Of a stretch of DNA of 64,000 bases, positions 48,874-62,124 are shown in pieces. The stretch covers positions 377,022,001 to 377,086,000 of the forward strand of contig NC_067401.1 in the NCBI RefSeq assembly GCF_016432865.1, read 5' to 3'. Position 1 is the stretch's first letter. Every line of letters begins with the position of its first letter. Under the pieces are notes generated by a model that was given only the letters and a program-made list of their open reading frames with translations, searched no databases and was not told the origin of the DNA. Source of the DNA: Antechinus flavipes (Eukaryota). The position numbers and the translations under genes are program-made.

Positions 48874-51075
48874 GGTTAAAGTTAAAGAGGAAACACTGTT
48901 TACTGGAGTGGAAGAACACAAAGTTTTAGCAGTTTAGTTCAGATAGAGGATTGAACAAAAGGGCTGCTGGGTAAATTTCATGGAATGAAAAAATTTTAAA
49001 GGCCTTTGTGTAATCTTTAGCAAAAAATTACACTGTTTTAAAAAGGGACATCTTTGTAACAATCTCTACTTGGTCTAAAGCACATTGAACATAGAAAGAA
49101 TCATGCAAATGATCAGGCTATAAAAGACTAAAGAAGGGTAATATAGAATACTTTTTTGTTATTTTACTACACCTTAATCTTATTCATGCAATATCTAGCA
49201 TAAAAATACTGACATTATTTCAATATAAAATATAATTAAATTGTTTGAAATGAAAATGATTCAAAGTTAAAAGTCAACTCTAAAATTATAACTTTTGCTC
49301 TTAAATGTTAATATTGTTAGTTTGGATATAATTTGATCATTCCAAACATTATTTAATCTAAAACTTAGACCTAATTATTTATGAAGTACCTATAAATTTT
49401 TTTAAATTGCAGGGAATATCCTAAGAAAAACAAGTCTTTTAATTAAATTATAATTAATATTTTTATCATTTAAAAAAAGACAAATTGCATGTAGCTTACC
49501 AGTCTATTGTCAGTCATCATTATCAATCGATTTTAACACTACTGGACTAATTCTAAAATATTAGTAATGTAACAAAAGTCTCCTTAACCTGAAAACTCTA
49601 GCCATTCTATATTTTGCAAGTTTCTATTAATAATTAAACACACTGATTATTTCATCAATAAATCCAAAGTATAATCAACTACAGATTAATTAATTTATTT
49701 TGTATATTAGATAAGCTAGCTAATTCTTTTTCTTTGTTGGTCCCTTGAGTTTAGGCCAATGCAGTGCTATAAGAGTATTATGACCAAAAAATAGTTAGAG
49801 GAAAAATGGAAAGGTCAATACACATGATTATTCTACTGCAGTATAGCCCACCTAATTAAAGATTTAGTTCTCAAACACATTAAACGTAAACTAAAATGTA
49901 GATTTCAGTTTTCCATGCCTTCCACCAAATTATACTAACATCAGTAATTAAGAGTTAACTACAATATGTAGTATTTACTCATGTGATTTCCTCCTTGTTC
50001 CTTGATATTTTCACTGCAAAATATGAAGGAGAAAGGTAAAAAAGAATAAAGGAAAAGGATATTAATAAAAGTATCTTAGTTCTTAACATTAGTGCTGACA
50101 AAACCTCATTCATCTTTAAGATTTTTTCATTCCCATTTTACATCATAAGTTGTAGCAAAGTTAACTGGAATCTATATCAAATATTATGAAAAATTTCCAA
50201 GTGATTGAAGGGTTTTCTTTATATTTTAATATTTTCTTTTAAATTTTAGTTAGAGTTTTAGATACATTTGGACGAAAGGGAAAATGACTTGGAAGCATCT
50301 TAAGCCCTAGTTCACTGCTTATGATTTTCAGCAGAATTAGAAGCGCAGTTACAAAATCAGAAGCCCTTCCCTCCCAGTATCCCAGCCTAGGGAAGTTAGA
50401 TGGGGAAATATAGATAAAGGTGGTGAGGAAGGAAGGGCAGCGAGGCAGGGGCAGGGCAAAGGCAGAGGCAGAGGAATAGTACCAACTAGTACTGATAGCT
50501 GACTGCTTTAATTTATCTGCCCTGGCAAGGATAAAGAACATGTACCTTAGAGAAGTGTCTGCTGGCAGCTATTTAAGAGTAGAAAAAAAAATGTAAAATG
50601 AAGGATAATTACCTAGGGAAAATAATCTCTTTTCAATATGTAGTAGTAAAAAAACATAGAGAGAAAATACATGAGTAAATACTATAGTACACTCAGAGCA
50701 ATACAAGGATATCAGCCTATTATGTAAGAACAATACTTTTACATAGTTCTATTAACTATGATATACTTTAAAATGCTTTAATTTTTTTTCTGGCATTAAT
50801 ATTTAATAGTTAAACATTATGATAAAGCTAATTTATTCAAGTTATCATAAAAAATTAAAAGTCTTGTCAACTCATAACTAATATTTTGAATTTTAGATTT
50901 ATTTCCCAAATGATTAGAAATAGAAAACATGAAACAGATTAGTTGATGATTGTATCATTTCATTTTTATTGGGTAGGTCTAAATGATAGGATTGAAGTCC
51001 CCAACACTGAGAATCCCACAAGTATAAAAAGTATTAGGAGTAAACAAAAATTAAAAAAAAAAGATTTTCACTCAC

Positions 51076-51265
51076 TGGGTGGTCTGTTTGCTGCCAAGTT
51101 TTTGAAGTGGCTGCCTTTTATGACTTCTGCTGATAATCTGCCAGTTGTGGCATTATAAAGCAGGCCAATGAGGATTTCTGGAGTTGAGCCATGTTCTAGA
51201 GACTGACAAGAGGAGGTACTTTCACTACAGGACATTTCTGACATGCTCATCTGGGAGCCACAGCC
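51076..51265 (-). CDS. SYT14: Second, identical copy of the SYT14 penultimate exon inside a 3.5-kb duplicated block (probably an assembly duplicate)
   Basis: Same translation and splice sites as 47327-47516, offset by 3749 bp. Confidence 0.6.
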
Positions 51266-52439
51266 CTGGAATCATAAAAAAAAATTAGAAATATTTTATG
51301 GAAAAGACATGTGAAGGGATACATTGTTAATACTATATCTGCTAGACTTGTATAGGTAACTATCAAGAACAGGCATTAAAGGACAATTCTTATCACTGCG
51401 CCAGAAAAGAGGTTACCAAAGAATGATTCCTTTGTATTCTTATTATACTTATAGGCAATATAATACTGTAATTATTTACTTTTACATATCATCTGAATTA
51501 TGAACTTATTAATATATAGAGTTTCACTGAGATAAAACATAATATTCAAGCACTTGTTGACTCTGAGGCAATACCGTTAAATGAACACATCATGAGAAGA
51601 AAATCTCTTAGGATCTTTTACTTTAATTTAATTTTTGAAAGCCCCTGATGGATTGAAATTTAACCAAATTATAATAGGTTTTTCTATATTATTTATCTTT
51701 ATTTTCCCATGAATAAAAAAATCAAATGCTAATTCTTTATACTAATTTTATACTAATCTTTATATTAATTTTCTGAAGCTAAAGAAGCAATAATTATAAA
51801 AAATCTAGTAGTTACAATTTGATATCTATTTTTATATTTGCATTCTAAACAACATCTAATTGGTAATTAAATTGATCCACTGAATTAATTTTTTAAATAA
51901 TGTTTTATTTTTCCAAATACATGCAAAGATAGTTTTCAATATTCATTTTTATAAAACCTTGTATTCCAAATTTTTCTTGTTCTCCCTCCTTCCTCCTCTC
52001 CAAGACAGCAAGCAGTCCTATATAGCTTAAACATGTGCAATTTTTCTAAACCTAGTTCCATATTCTTCATGTTGTGCAAAATAAATCAGATCAAGAGGGG
52101 AAAAAACCACAAGAAAGGAAAAAAAAACTAAGCAAACAAAAAACCAACAATAAAAAGATCAAAATACTGTGTTTTTGATAAACTTCAGTCTCCATAGTTC
52201 TCTCTCTGGATGTGAATGGCACATTCCATCTATTGGAATAAGTCTATTGGAATTGCCTTGAATCACTACATTAATTGAAAAGAGCCAAATCTATCAGTTG
52301 ATCATCACATAAACTTGCTGTTACTGTGCACAATGTTCTCTTGGTTATGCTCACTTCAGTCAGCATCAGTTCATAAAAGTCTTCCCAAGATCATTATTTC
52401 TTTTTTAAAATTAATTAATTAATTATTATTATATCTTTT

Positions 52440-53370
52440 TTTTTTTTTTTTTTTTTTACAAAACATATGCATGGGTAATTTTTTTCAACATTGACCCTTG
52501 CAAAACCTTCTGTTCCAAATGTTCCTCTCCTTCCCGCCAGAGAGCAGGTAGTTCCAGTACATGTTAAATATGTTAAATTCAATATATGTATATATATTTA
52601 TACAGTTATCTTGCTGCACAAGAAAAATCTGATCTAGAAAGAAAAAAAACCTGAGAAGGAAAACAAAAATGCAAGCAAACAATAACAGAAAGTGAAAATA
52701 CTACGTTGTGATCCACACTCAGTTCCCACAGTTCTCTGTCTGAGTGTAGATGGCTCTCTTCATTACTAGATAATTGAAACTACTTTGAATCATCTCATTG
52801 TTGAGGGGAGCCACGTCCATCAGACTTGATCATCATATAGTCTTGTTGTTAACGTGTATAATGATCTCCTGGTTCTGTTCATTTCACTTAGCATCAGTTC
52901 ATATAAGTCTCTCCAGGCCTTTCTGAAATCATTCTGCTGGTTATTTCTTACAGAACAATAATATTCCGTAACATTCATATACCATAATTTATTCAGTCAT
53001 TCTCCAATTGATGGGCATCCATTCAGTTTCCAGTTTCTAGCCACTAGAAAAAGGGCCACCACGCAAGCTCATTATTTCTTACAGGACAATAATATGAATC
53101 ACATTCATATACCATTAGATAGCCATTCTCCAACTGAGGGCATCCATTCAATTTCCAGTTCCTTGCCACTACAAAAATGATTGCTATAAACATTTTTGCA
53201 CATGTGGGTCCTTTTCCCTTTTTTATAATCTCTTTGGGATACAAACACAGTAGATACTGCTGGATCAAAGGGTATGTACAGTTTTATAGCCCTTTGGGCT
53301 TACTTCCAAATTGCTCTCCAGAATTGTTGGATCATTTCACAACTCTACCAATAACGCATTCCACTGGATT
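52440..53370 (-). mobile_element. L1 3' UTR and ORF2 C-terminal fragments
   Basis: ORF track 53044-53268 gives KGKGPTCAKMFIAIIFVVARNWKLNGCPQ. 3' UTR motifs lie at 52460-52900. Confidence 0.85.
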
Positions 53371-56300
53371 CATTTAAAAAAAATTGTACATGTGCAAACT
53401 TAATCCTTAACCATAAACTAGAAAACCAAAAGTTTTACTATAATTTTTACCAAGCAATGTGTAAAATGTCATACATTTTATATTTCCAAACCACTGGGCA
53501 ACAGGAGATATTTTTATCAGTGTGGTTTGATTTGCATTTATAATTGTTAAAAAAAAATGGAGAGAGAAAGCTATTTCAATTAGCATTTCATCACACATAT
53601 TTTAGGATCAAATGTATGTTCTTGTATATTTTATGTGTTTTCTATGCTAGTCAGCATCTCTTAAAATATTATGAAATCTATTTTTCACAACACAGTATTT
53701 CCAAATTAAGGTCTATTAACCTGGAATCAGATAAAAGAAAAATAATATAAGCCTTTCTAGTTTACAAAGAATTTTCCTCCTATGAGAGGCAATTATTATT
53801 ATCATTATTTTATAGGTTAGGAAACTGAGTCTTAGAGATGAATAATAACTGATAAGTAGTAGAGATCACTAGTAAGTAACCAAATTTTGATTCCCATGGA
53901 AATTTTCCCAACGTTTTCATATTGACACAGATAACATTTGCCCCTATATTTTATCAATATGATGATTTTTAAAGAGAATTATGTGAAAAGCTTTGGGAAT
54001 TCAAACAAGAAAGATGATCGATTCCTGTTCCATACTTGACTAGCGAATGGTGAAATTTCCCTTCCATTGTCCGCTTCCAAAAATAATAGTTTTAAGATCT
54101 TGTGGGAATCTCAAGCTGCATGGAAGTCTAGGAGGACTTGTGAAAATGAATGGCAAAAAAGTGTCATTCTAACAGGTTTCACTCTGTTTCAGTCATGGGG
54201 AAAAAAAAAAAGAATTAAACTGGATCGTCTGACTTTTCCAGAATAGTCAAAGTAACTATCTATCCATGACTGGCACAGTGGTGGAAATCTCATCAACTAC
54301 AATAAAAGCTACATAGAAATAGCTATAGAAATAGAATGATTGTAGTAAAAACAAATTAAATATGGATACAGTATACTCAAGTGGTTTTTCTCTTCAGAAT
54401 ATTCCTCAGGGCATGCTGCTCAATTCAGTGTATATCCAGAGATCTCCACCCACTCTCTCTGCAGCTCCCATCATTAATTTATAACTAGGGCTTGCCTAGG
54501 TAGCAGTAGCTGTTGGTGATTAACCCACCGTCAAACAAATTCCAGTCATTACTAGGTCTACTTAAAGGAACAGTCCTACAGGCAAATAACAGTAAAAGCA
54601 TCACTTCTTCCTATGCCTACCCAACACAATATCCTATTCCTTTCTAGCACTTTCCCTCAAGGGTGAAGGGTTATAAGACATTCTATGAAGGTAGGGGGGG
54701 AAATAGTTGTTGTTGTTGTTGTTGTTGTTTTCCCTTCAGGGAGAAAGCAAAGAATAAACTGCATATATTGTTTCATCACATAAGAATTAATTATGCCCAT
54801 CATATTTCTTTAAGTAATGCCAATATGTCAAAAATTAAATGGGAAGTTAAAAAATATAGTAACAAAACCATGAACTCCACATGAATTAAAGACTGGCTCA
54901 AAGAAAAGGCAAAATATATATATTTTTTTTTATCAAGTGTAGCTCCTGTAAAATTACTTCTGCTTTTACATTATAACCATAAAATGATTTCCATTTGCTC
55001 ACAAACCACTCATATTTAACAGTTCCTTTGTGAGGTGGTTAAATGTACATTATAAATTATTGCAAATTTTAAGATTTCACTGTCAAGTGATTTTATTTTC
55101 ACTGTTTCTAAAAGATTTCTTGGATTTAATCATATTAGGTTCATACACAACCTGTTTTTAATTTTTTTTCTGAAGATGAGGGGGGTGGCAGGGGTGGCAA
55201 ATAATATTGAAGTATAAAAAAGGATGATAATTCCCATTCCCAGGCCAGAGCTGCCACTTTGAGTGAGCTTTACTTCCTGGAACAGTGCCTCTTCCTCGGG
55301 GCCTTCTCCATGCCCCAGGGAAGTGAACATTTGGAAGCACAGGGTGGTGAAGATAGCTGGAGGCAACAGCTATAGGACTCTTAGCAGCAAGAGCAGCCAC
55401 CAGATGCAGCCCTACAGAAACCCTGCAAGAGGGCTGGCCATTTAGCCTCCTAGTGAGGTAAAAGCCCTGAAAAGCCCAGGAGAATAAAACTCTGCAGAAG
55501 GCTAGGCCTTGCTCTAGTTAAAACCAGAATAAGCAGCTTGACTTTGACTTGTGCAATAGCTGTGGACAGCAACTGGTTTCTTTGACCTGTGCTCTCTTTG
55601 GCTTAGGACAAAACTTTCCCTCTTAAACCATGCTATTTTGAGACCAGGGTTGGAGCTTACTGGCACTAAATTGCACTAGTCTGCTGCTGCTTCCTTGTGT
55701 TAGGCTTAAAGATGGGAATTAGCCTCCTTCGGGTACAGGGATAAAGAAAAAGAAACTCTGGTGGAAGGGTAATCAAATAGAACCTAGAGACAGGTGGTAG
55801 CTATGAAACCCATTTCTTTATTCTTATTGCCATTTCTGTGACGTTGGATGAGTCACTTCAATTCTGTGGCCCAAAAGTAAAGTGAGGATCTGTGCTAGCC
55901 GACTTCAAATGTCTCTTCTAGCGCTATACTGATAATCTATGATTGTATTGGACAATTAGAGTTAATAGAGGAGAGACATGTATCGTTGAAAACATACGGT
56001 TTTTCAGCTCAGCACTTCATATACAAAGAAAGGCAGTTTTAGCTCTCAAGGAACTCAGAATCTAATGGGAGAACAAATAAAAAGAAACTAAAAAGGGTGG
56101 GGGAGCGGGTTAGGGGTTGAGAATTGAGGCTGGTGAAGGAGGTTTGTATCCAATAGAGGGGTATGATGAAGTCCTGCAGCCAAGATGGGAAATATGAGCA
56201 GATGTGATTTCATCTTGCAGGATAATGAGCTTCTGGAGATCATAAAGTCCAGGAGTGGAGCTGGTTAGGAAACGTTAAGGTAAATGCCCTGGATATTCTC

Positions 56301-56649
56301 CTCAAATGGAAGATCTGGGAGGAGCGTCTGGTGTCTGTCTTCACCCTTTAGAGGTCTTATTGTGCAAAGGACAACTAACAGTAAAGATGCTGAAGGAAAT
56401 TCTTAAGAAAGAGAAGAACCTAAATTAAACCTAAATTAAAAATATCACTGTCTTAAGTTGGAGTTAGGGAGTTACTCTGGGTTAGTCCATTCTTTCAGGA
56501 AACAAACACGGGAAGACTGAGTCAGAAAGTTGACAATCACTACAACATTGGCAGTCTCTGATTTTAAATCAGAAATGATGCATACTTGAAGGAATACTTC
56601 AGTGGATTAACATTTGGATTTGTATGGAGTTTGAAGGTGTTTTGGACAA

Positions 56650-57060
56650 AAAGACCTACCCAAATTGACTATTACAGAGATCACTCATAGAAAGCAGAAT
56701 TATTTATTAGAATTTTGAGAAGAGGACCCCATCCTGGTCTGTGAGCCAAATTCACAGCAGGAGAGAGCCACTCCCTTGAAAATGTTCACAGCTTTTATTC
56801 ATTTCAGACAAAGAACTTCCAAAATCCCACCCTCTATATGTTGTGATTGGTCATATAAGTCTGTATTCCCCTACTTGGTCAGTGAAATATAGTAGACAAG
56901 GTAATATACAGCTTCTGCAGCCATGTATATGTTTTTAATCCCTTCTTTAGAGAATAGAATGTAGTCCAGACCTTATCTAAAACCACATGACTTCAAAGAA
57001 GCTGAAACTAAGGCCTATAGGCTTGATCTACTTTAGCTAATAGTCTCTGATCAATATGTG
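56650..57060 (-). mobile_element. Probable solo LTR
   Basis: On the minus strand it has a CCAAT box, a TATA-like box and AATAAA (tttatt near 56703) in LTR-like order. Confidence 0.4.
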
Positions 57061-58029
57061 TTTAATCTGTAAATTCTTCAACTTTCCACACAAAGATACT
57101 TAGTCTGGAAAAGAGTAGCTGGGTGGTGCAATGAGTAGAGTACTAAATCTAGAGGTAGGAAGAACCAACTCCTGAGTTCAAATGTGACCTCAGATACTTA
57201 ACATTTACTTGCTGTGTGACCCTGGGCAAATTATTTAATCCCGATTGGCCCACGGGCTTTTCTCCCATCTATACACCTTCCCCCAACCCCCCCAAAAAAC
57301 CTCAAATAGGACTTTCACTGTGCTGTGAGAAACAGTATATTTAAATAAAGAAGCATGGAAAAACTTAAGTAAACAGATACAAAATGAACTAAGCTGTACC
57401 AGGAAAGAAAAATACACGAACTATAACTGCAAATGGAAAGAAAAAATATATATGTATAATAATTGCAACCAAATACTGTAAATTTATAATGATCATGCTT
57501 AGCTTCAAAGATAATACATGAAAAAACATATTCCTCCCACTCCTTTGCATAAATGGAGGCTCATGCATATGGGGTATTGCATACAATTTGATCGTACATT
57601 TATTTTTCCTGTTTTTCCCTTGTTTTCATACTTCATTACAAAGGATTGCTCTCTGAGAGCTGAAGAAGAAAATATAGAAATAAGTTTATGTAAAAATAAA
57701 AGATGTCAAAAATTTATCTTTAAAAATGTAAGCTACTTAAGAATAATTATTGTTTCATTCTCTGTATTTATGTCCCCAGCATTTAGCACAGTTCCAGGCA
57801 CAAAATAGAAGTTTAATAAATGCTTATTCACCACCTGAAGACATAGGGAAGAGAAGCAAATGTTTTATTTTACAAAAGGGAACATTGTAGAAATAAAAAT
57901 AAAAATACTCAAACATTTGGCCATGATATAAAATATGAATTCTAAGATTCTGATCAGAATTTTGTAGAAATCTCCAAAGGCCAACCTTTTGTCAGTCACT
58001 AAACCAGAATCTCTTTTTTTTTTTCCTGT

Positions 58030-58375
58030 TATTCTTTTTAAATTTTATTTTATTTACAAAACATATTCATGGCTAATTTTTTTTAACATTGATCCTTGCA
58101 AAACTTTCTGTTTCAATTTTTTCGCTCCTTCCTCCCACCTCCTCTCTTAGATTGCAGGTAATCCAATACATGTTAAATCCAATATATGTATGCATATTTA
58201 TACAGTTATTTTGCTGCACAAGAAAAATTGGATCCAGAAAGAAAAATAAACCTGAGAAGGAAAACAAAATGCAAGCAAAAATCAACGGAAAGCATGAAAA
58301 TGCTATGTTGTAGTCCACACTCAGTTTCCATAGGTCTCTCTCTCTGTATGTATGTGGCTTTTTTCATCACTGGAT
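58030..58375 (-). mobile_element. L1 3' UTR fragment
   Basis: Homologous to 52460-52760. Confidence 0.8.
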
Positions 58376-59329
58376 AAAAGGAACTGGTAAAACCAGAATT
58401 TCTTGAATAATAATTATATTTACTCAATTTAGTTATATTTCAAAAGGGCAACTTTTTCCTTTGATTTAAACTAGGCATTTAAAGTTTTGAAGAAAATAGT
58501 TTAAAACTGTGTTCTAAATACAAATGGAAAGATTTTTTAATAGAATTCTTACTAGAGAACATATAGAATAATAATCACAAATTCTAAACACTTAGTATCT
58601 TTAAAAATATCTTCTAAGTTATTGGTTGGTCTTTATTGTCTATTGAACAATGAGAAATCCTTTTATTTTTAACATGGTTATGTCATTCCCAATTAAAAAA
58701 AAAAATTTTAAGATAGTGCTGCCCCCTGGTGACCCCAGTTTTTTCTACATACACTATATGATAGTTCTGAGAGGTTGGAATTCCTTTGTTTAATATTAAA
58801 ATTAGGGACACCAATATCCCAGATCAAAAAAAAAAAAAAAAATGAAGCATCTCATGGCATACAATACAAAATTATTTTTCCTATATGTTATTTAAATTAC
58901 TTATGACTTATGGGGACTATACAAAGCAGCAGATGGAACAAAAGAATTAAACACTTTACTCCCCAATGTTCAATAATTGGTGAATTTAGATATTTTATTT
59001 AAATTTTTATGCTACATTTCCTTGTTCATTATGTCTTAAAGTGCTGCTGACACCTTGTGGAAGATTTTGAAAAATAATTTCTTCAATTGTGGAGGTTTAG
59101 TAGCTACCAGAGTAAGTAGAAATTACTACATAAAATTGTTATTCTTAAAAGCAAGTTAGTAAACCTTCTCTGGGGCAACTCCCCCACACTCACTTCCACT
59201 CATACTGCTTAACCAAAGTAATTACCCATTGGTATTTATATAGTATAGTTTCAAATTGATTTCCAGAGTAAAAATGAAATTCCCAGAATCTTTTCCTATC
59301 TACAAACTATATCAACAAATCCTTAGTGG

Positions 59330-60700
59330 GTCAATTCTCCTACAACTCCTACAGATGCTATTGTGCTCTTTTGTCAGATCTGCAAATCTGAAGGGTGCAA
59401 GGTACAGCCTTTGAATTGTTTTAATTTGCATTTGTCTAATTATTAGCAATTTAGAATATTTTTTTCTTTCATATTGACAATTTGGATTTCTTTTTATATT
59501 AAAGGTGCGTATTCCTCTTGATCCAATGAGCAATGGCCCATGTTCTAATGTATTTTATTTATTTATTTATTAAAGATATAAATCCTTTAAAATATTTTTT
59601 TTCAAATTCCATTTTTATATTTTTTTCCAATGTAGGAAATTTTCATGAAAATTGAATGTTTTTTTCAGTCATCTTATTGATTTTGTATCTCCTAAATTCA
59701 AACTGCATTTATACTGTTGTTGGTTATGGTGAAATATGCTACCTAATAAAATTAAAATTTCTATTTTGCAACAATAAAATCATGAGGGTATTTAAACAGT
59801 CAAATGTACTGCCAACTGAAAAGAAAGTTTTATCAAGTTAAATTTTATTGATGCCTTTTTTCTTTATATCATATTGATTTCACAACTCTTCTCCAGACAG
59901 GATCTTCTCTGGTGACAACTCAAGATAATTTTTAAAACTCTGTGACATCTGACTATAAAAAATGCAGTACTAATTCTCCCTTTTCTTTATTGTTTTTTCC
60001 TTTTTTTCATTGTGTAGTAGAAGGAAACTTTCATTATCTCTTTTCTCAGACATTCACTAAGTTTTTTTCAGTAAGAATATTTCTTTCTTTTAGATTTTTT
60101 TTCCATCTGTGGTCATGTATAATTTTTTATTTGTCCTGCTTATTTTGCTTCACACTAATTCATACAACTTTTTCTACTTTCACTGAATTCTTCTTTCTTA
60201 TTGCACAATAACAATCCTATCATGTTCTTCTGGGAGACTTATGAACCATCTTGCCTTCAAGATCAGTGTGCTTTCCTTGGATAGTAAGCAGTCTATTATT
60301 TTCTCTTTTGTTTCTTTGGTGAGATTTGCCATTGCAGACTCTAGCTTTTCTATTTTGCTTGTTATTTTAATTGTATAGGTCATAAATTCTACTCTCATAA
60401 TTCTCTCTTTTGAATCACACAGGAACAAATTGTGTTTCCACTCTTTTTTCCATAGAGTCTTCTGTTTCATCAAATGTTGGATTATTTTTCTTTTTTTAAC
60501 ACTATTTATTCATAGATGCCTGGATTCATTTACTAAAGCAAGAGGTCATATTTCATTCTATTATGAATGTTTTTCTTGCTGATTTATTTGATTAGGTTCA
60601 AAGTCTTTGAGCTTTCTTCTTCCCGAAATCTTTGATAATTTCAGTCTCTTCCTCCCCATCCCCTACATTTGGACTTTCCCCTATTCTCTTTCTGAATCTG
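59330..60700 (-). mobile_element. Old L1 remnants (ORF2 C-terminus at ~59330-59500; ORF1 at ~60170-60480)
   Basis: YSKLLIIRQMQIKTIQRLYLAPFRFA resembles L1 ORF2. STLILKARWFISLPEEHD resembles the L1 ORF1 TTDLENR..IIGLPESHD motif. Confidence 0.65.
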
Positions 60701-60879
60701 TCCCCCTAGATGTTGGTTTTCTTAAGGCTACATCTTAAAGTGTTTCAACTTTTTCCCATGCTGGGACATTCACTAGCCTAGGTTTGCCCCAAGTGATTTT
60801 TGGTTGGCCACAATAAGGTTCAGTGGATACTGTGGTATTTCCCTCTGGCTTAATGGAGTCCTACAAAAAAAATGTCCTC

Positions 60880-60882
<3 letters not shown>

Positions 60883-60925
<43 letters not shown>
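60883..60925. repeat. (AC)n microsatellite
   Basis: Directly visible. Confidence 0.98.
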
Positions 60926-60927
<2 letters not shown>

Positions 60928-61540
60928 GCCTTGGCTCTGTTTTCTGTTCTCTGGCTCACCAACATCAGTTCAGAAAGTTAAGAACTTTGCAGGTTTGGTG
61001 TGATGGGGTTGGAGCCCCCTGAAGAATTGTGCTCTGGTCAGTCATCAAAACCAGAGTCTTCATAGCACTGAAATAGGAAAGAAGAGGAAAGGTGTGGGGT
61101 TAGGATTTTTTGTGATAGATCTTTGGGGTGCCTTATTGCAGCCTTGCTGTCAGTAGTGTGAGAGATGGGGAAGGGTCAGTGAGTATCACTTCATTCATTT
61201 AAAAAAATCTTCTTTTGGCTTCTGGTGTCCTAGCCCATGGAGACAGCTGCAGTTGCTTATCTTTGGAGCATTATTACTCTGAGTCATGAACTCGTAAGTC
61301 AATTCTAAATTCTAAATTTTGGTCTTCCTTGAAGTCTGCCCCTCTCTACTATATTATATTGCCACTCCATTGTTTAGAAACCTAATTTCGGCTCCAACAA
61401 CTTTCTACTTTTTTTAATAGTTCTAGCTTCTCTGGTTCTCTTCAACTCAGCTCAAATTCCACTTTCTGTAAGCAACCTTTCTTGGTTTTCCCTTTCTTCC
61501 TTCTCTCTGAGATGGTCTTTCATGTGTACTTTATGGTAAG

Positions 61541-62124
61541 TGAAATGCAATTAAGACAGAAACAGGCATCTTTCTCTGAGCGAGGATCAGTTTATTATCA
61601 GTGATACATATAGCTATTAATGGATCAGAATAGCCCTCTCAGTGGAGTTAGTGATGCCCACGAGTAAGAAAGGAGTTCTGAGTGGTTAAGGGATGTTACA
61701 ATTGTCTCCAGTTAAGACACATGGATTGAACTTCAAGTGTGGATGATCATGTCCCTTTGATGAATAAGGAAGGTTAATTGTTTTATGGGATTCATCTGCC
61801 TTTTGTTATCTTCATTAGGAGACCAGAACCACCCAGTTTGATCTCTATGAAAGTTGGGGAGAGGGCAAATCTCCTTTGATTTCACAAGACAAGACAAGGG
61901 TCAAATTGTCTTTTGGGAGGGGCTTTAGACGCCAAACAGATGTCCAGGTCAAACTGGTTATTAAGCAAAAATCTCAGGGGCTAGTTGTAGGAGTAATAAT
62001 ATTCCCTCTCAATCACACTTTAAGCCAATTAGGGATACTGAAGAAGAACTAGCACCTATAGTGTTAGGACTTGCCAAGCCTTTTTCAGGATTCCACATCT
62101 ACCTTTAGTGTCCTCCTGTCAACA
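61541..62124 (-). mobile_element. Probable ERV LTR
   Basis: On the minus strand it starts TGTTGAC and ends TTTCA, with AATAAA (tttatt at ~61591) near the 3' end. Confidence 0.45.

Larger units (their letters stand above)
45124..52382. repeat. Duplicated 3509-bp block (45124-48632 and 48874-52382); each copy begins immediately after an N gap
   Basis: Both start ggttaaagttaaagagg and end ttcataaaagtct. About 4 differences were seen (2 substitutions, 2 single-base indels). Confidence 0.95.

Noticed and set aside
44842-48921. ORF-track entries containing long X runs
   Set aside because: Artefacts of translating through the N gaps.
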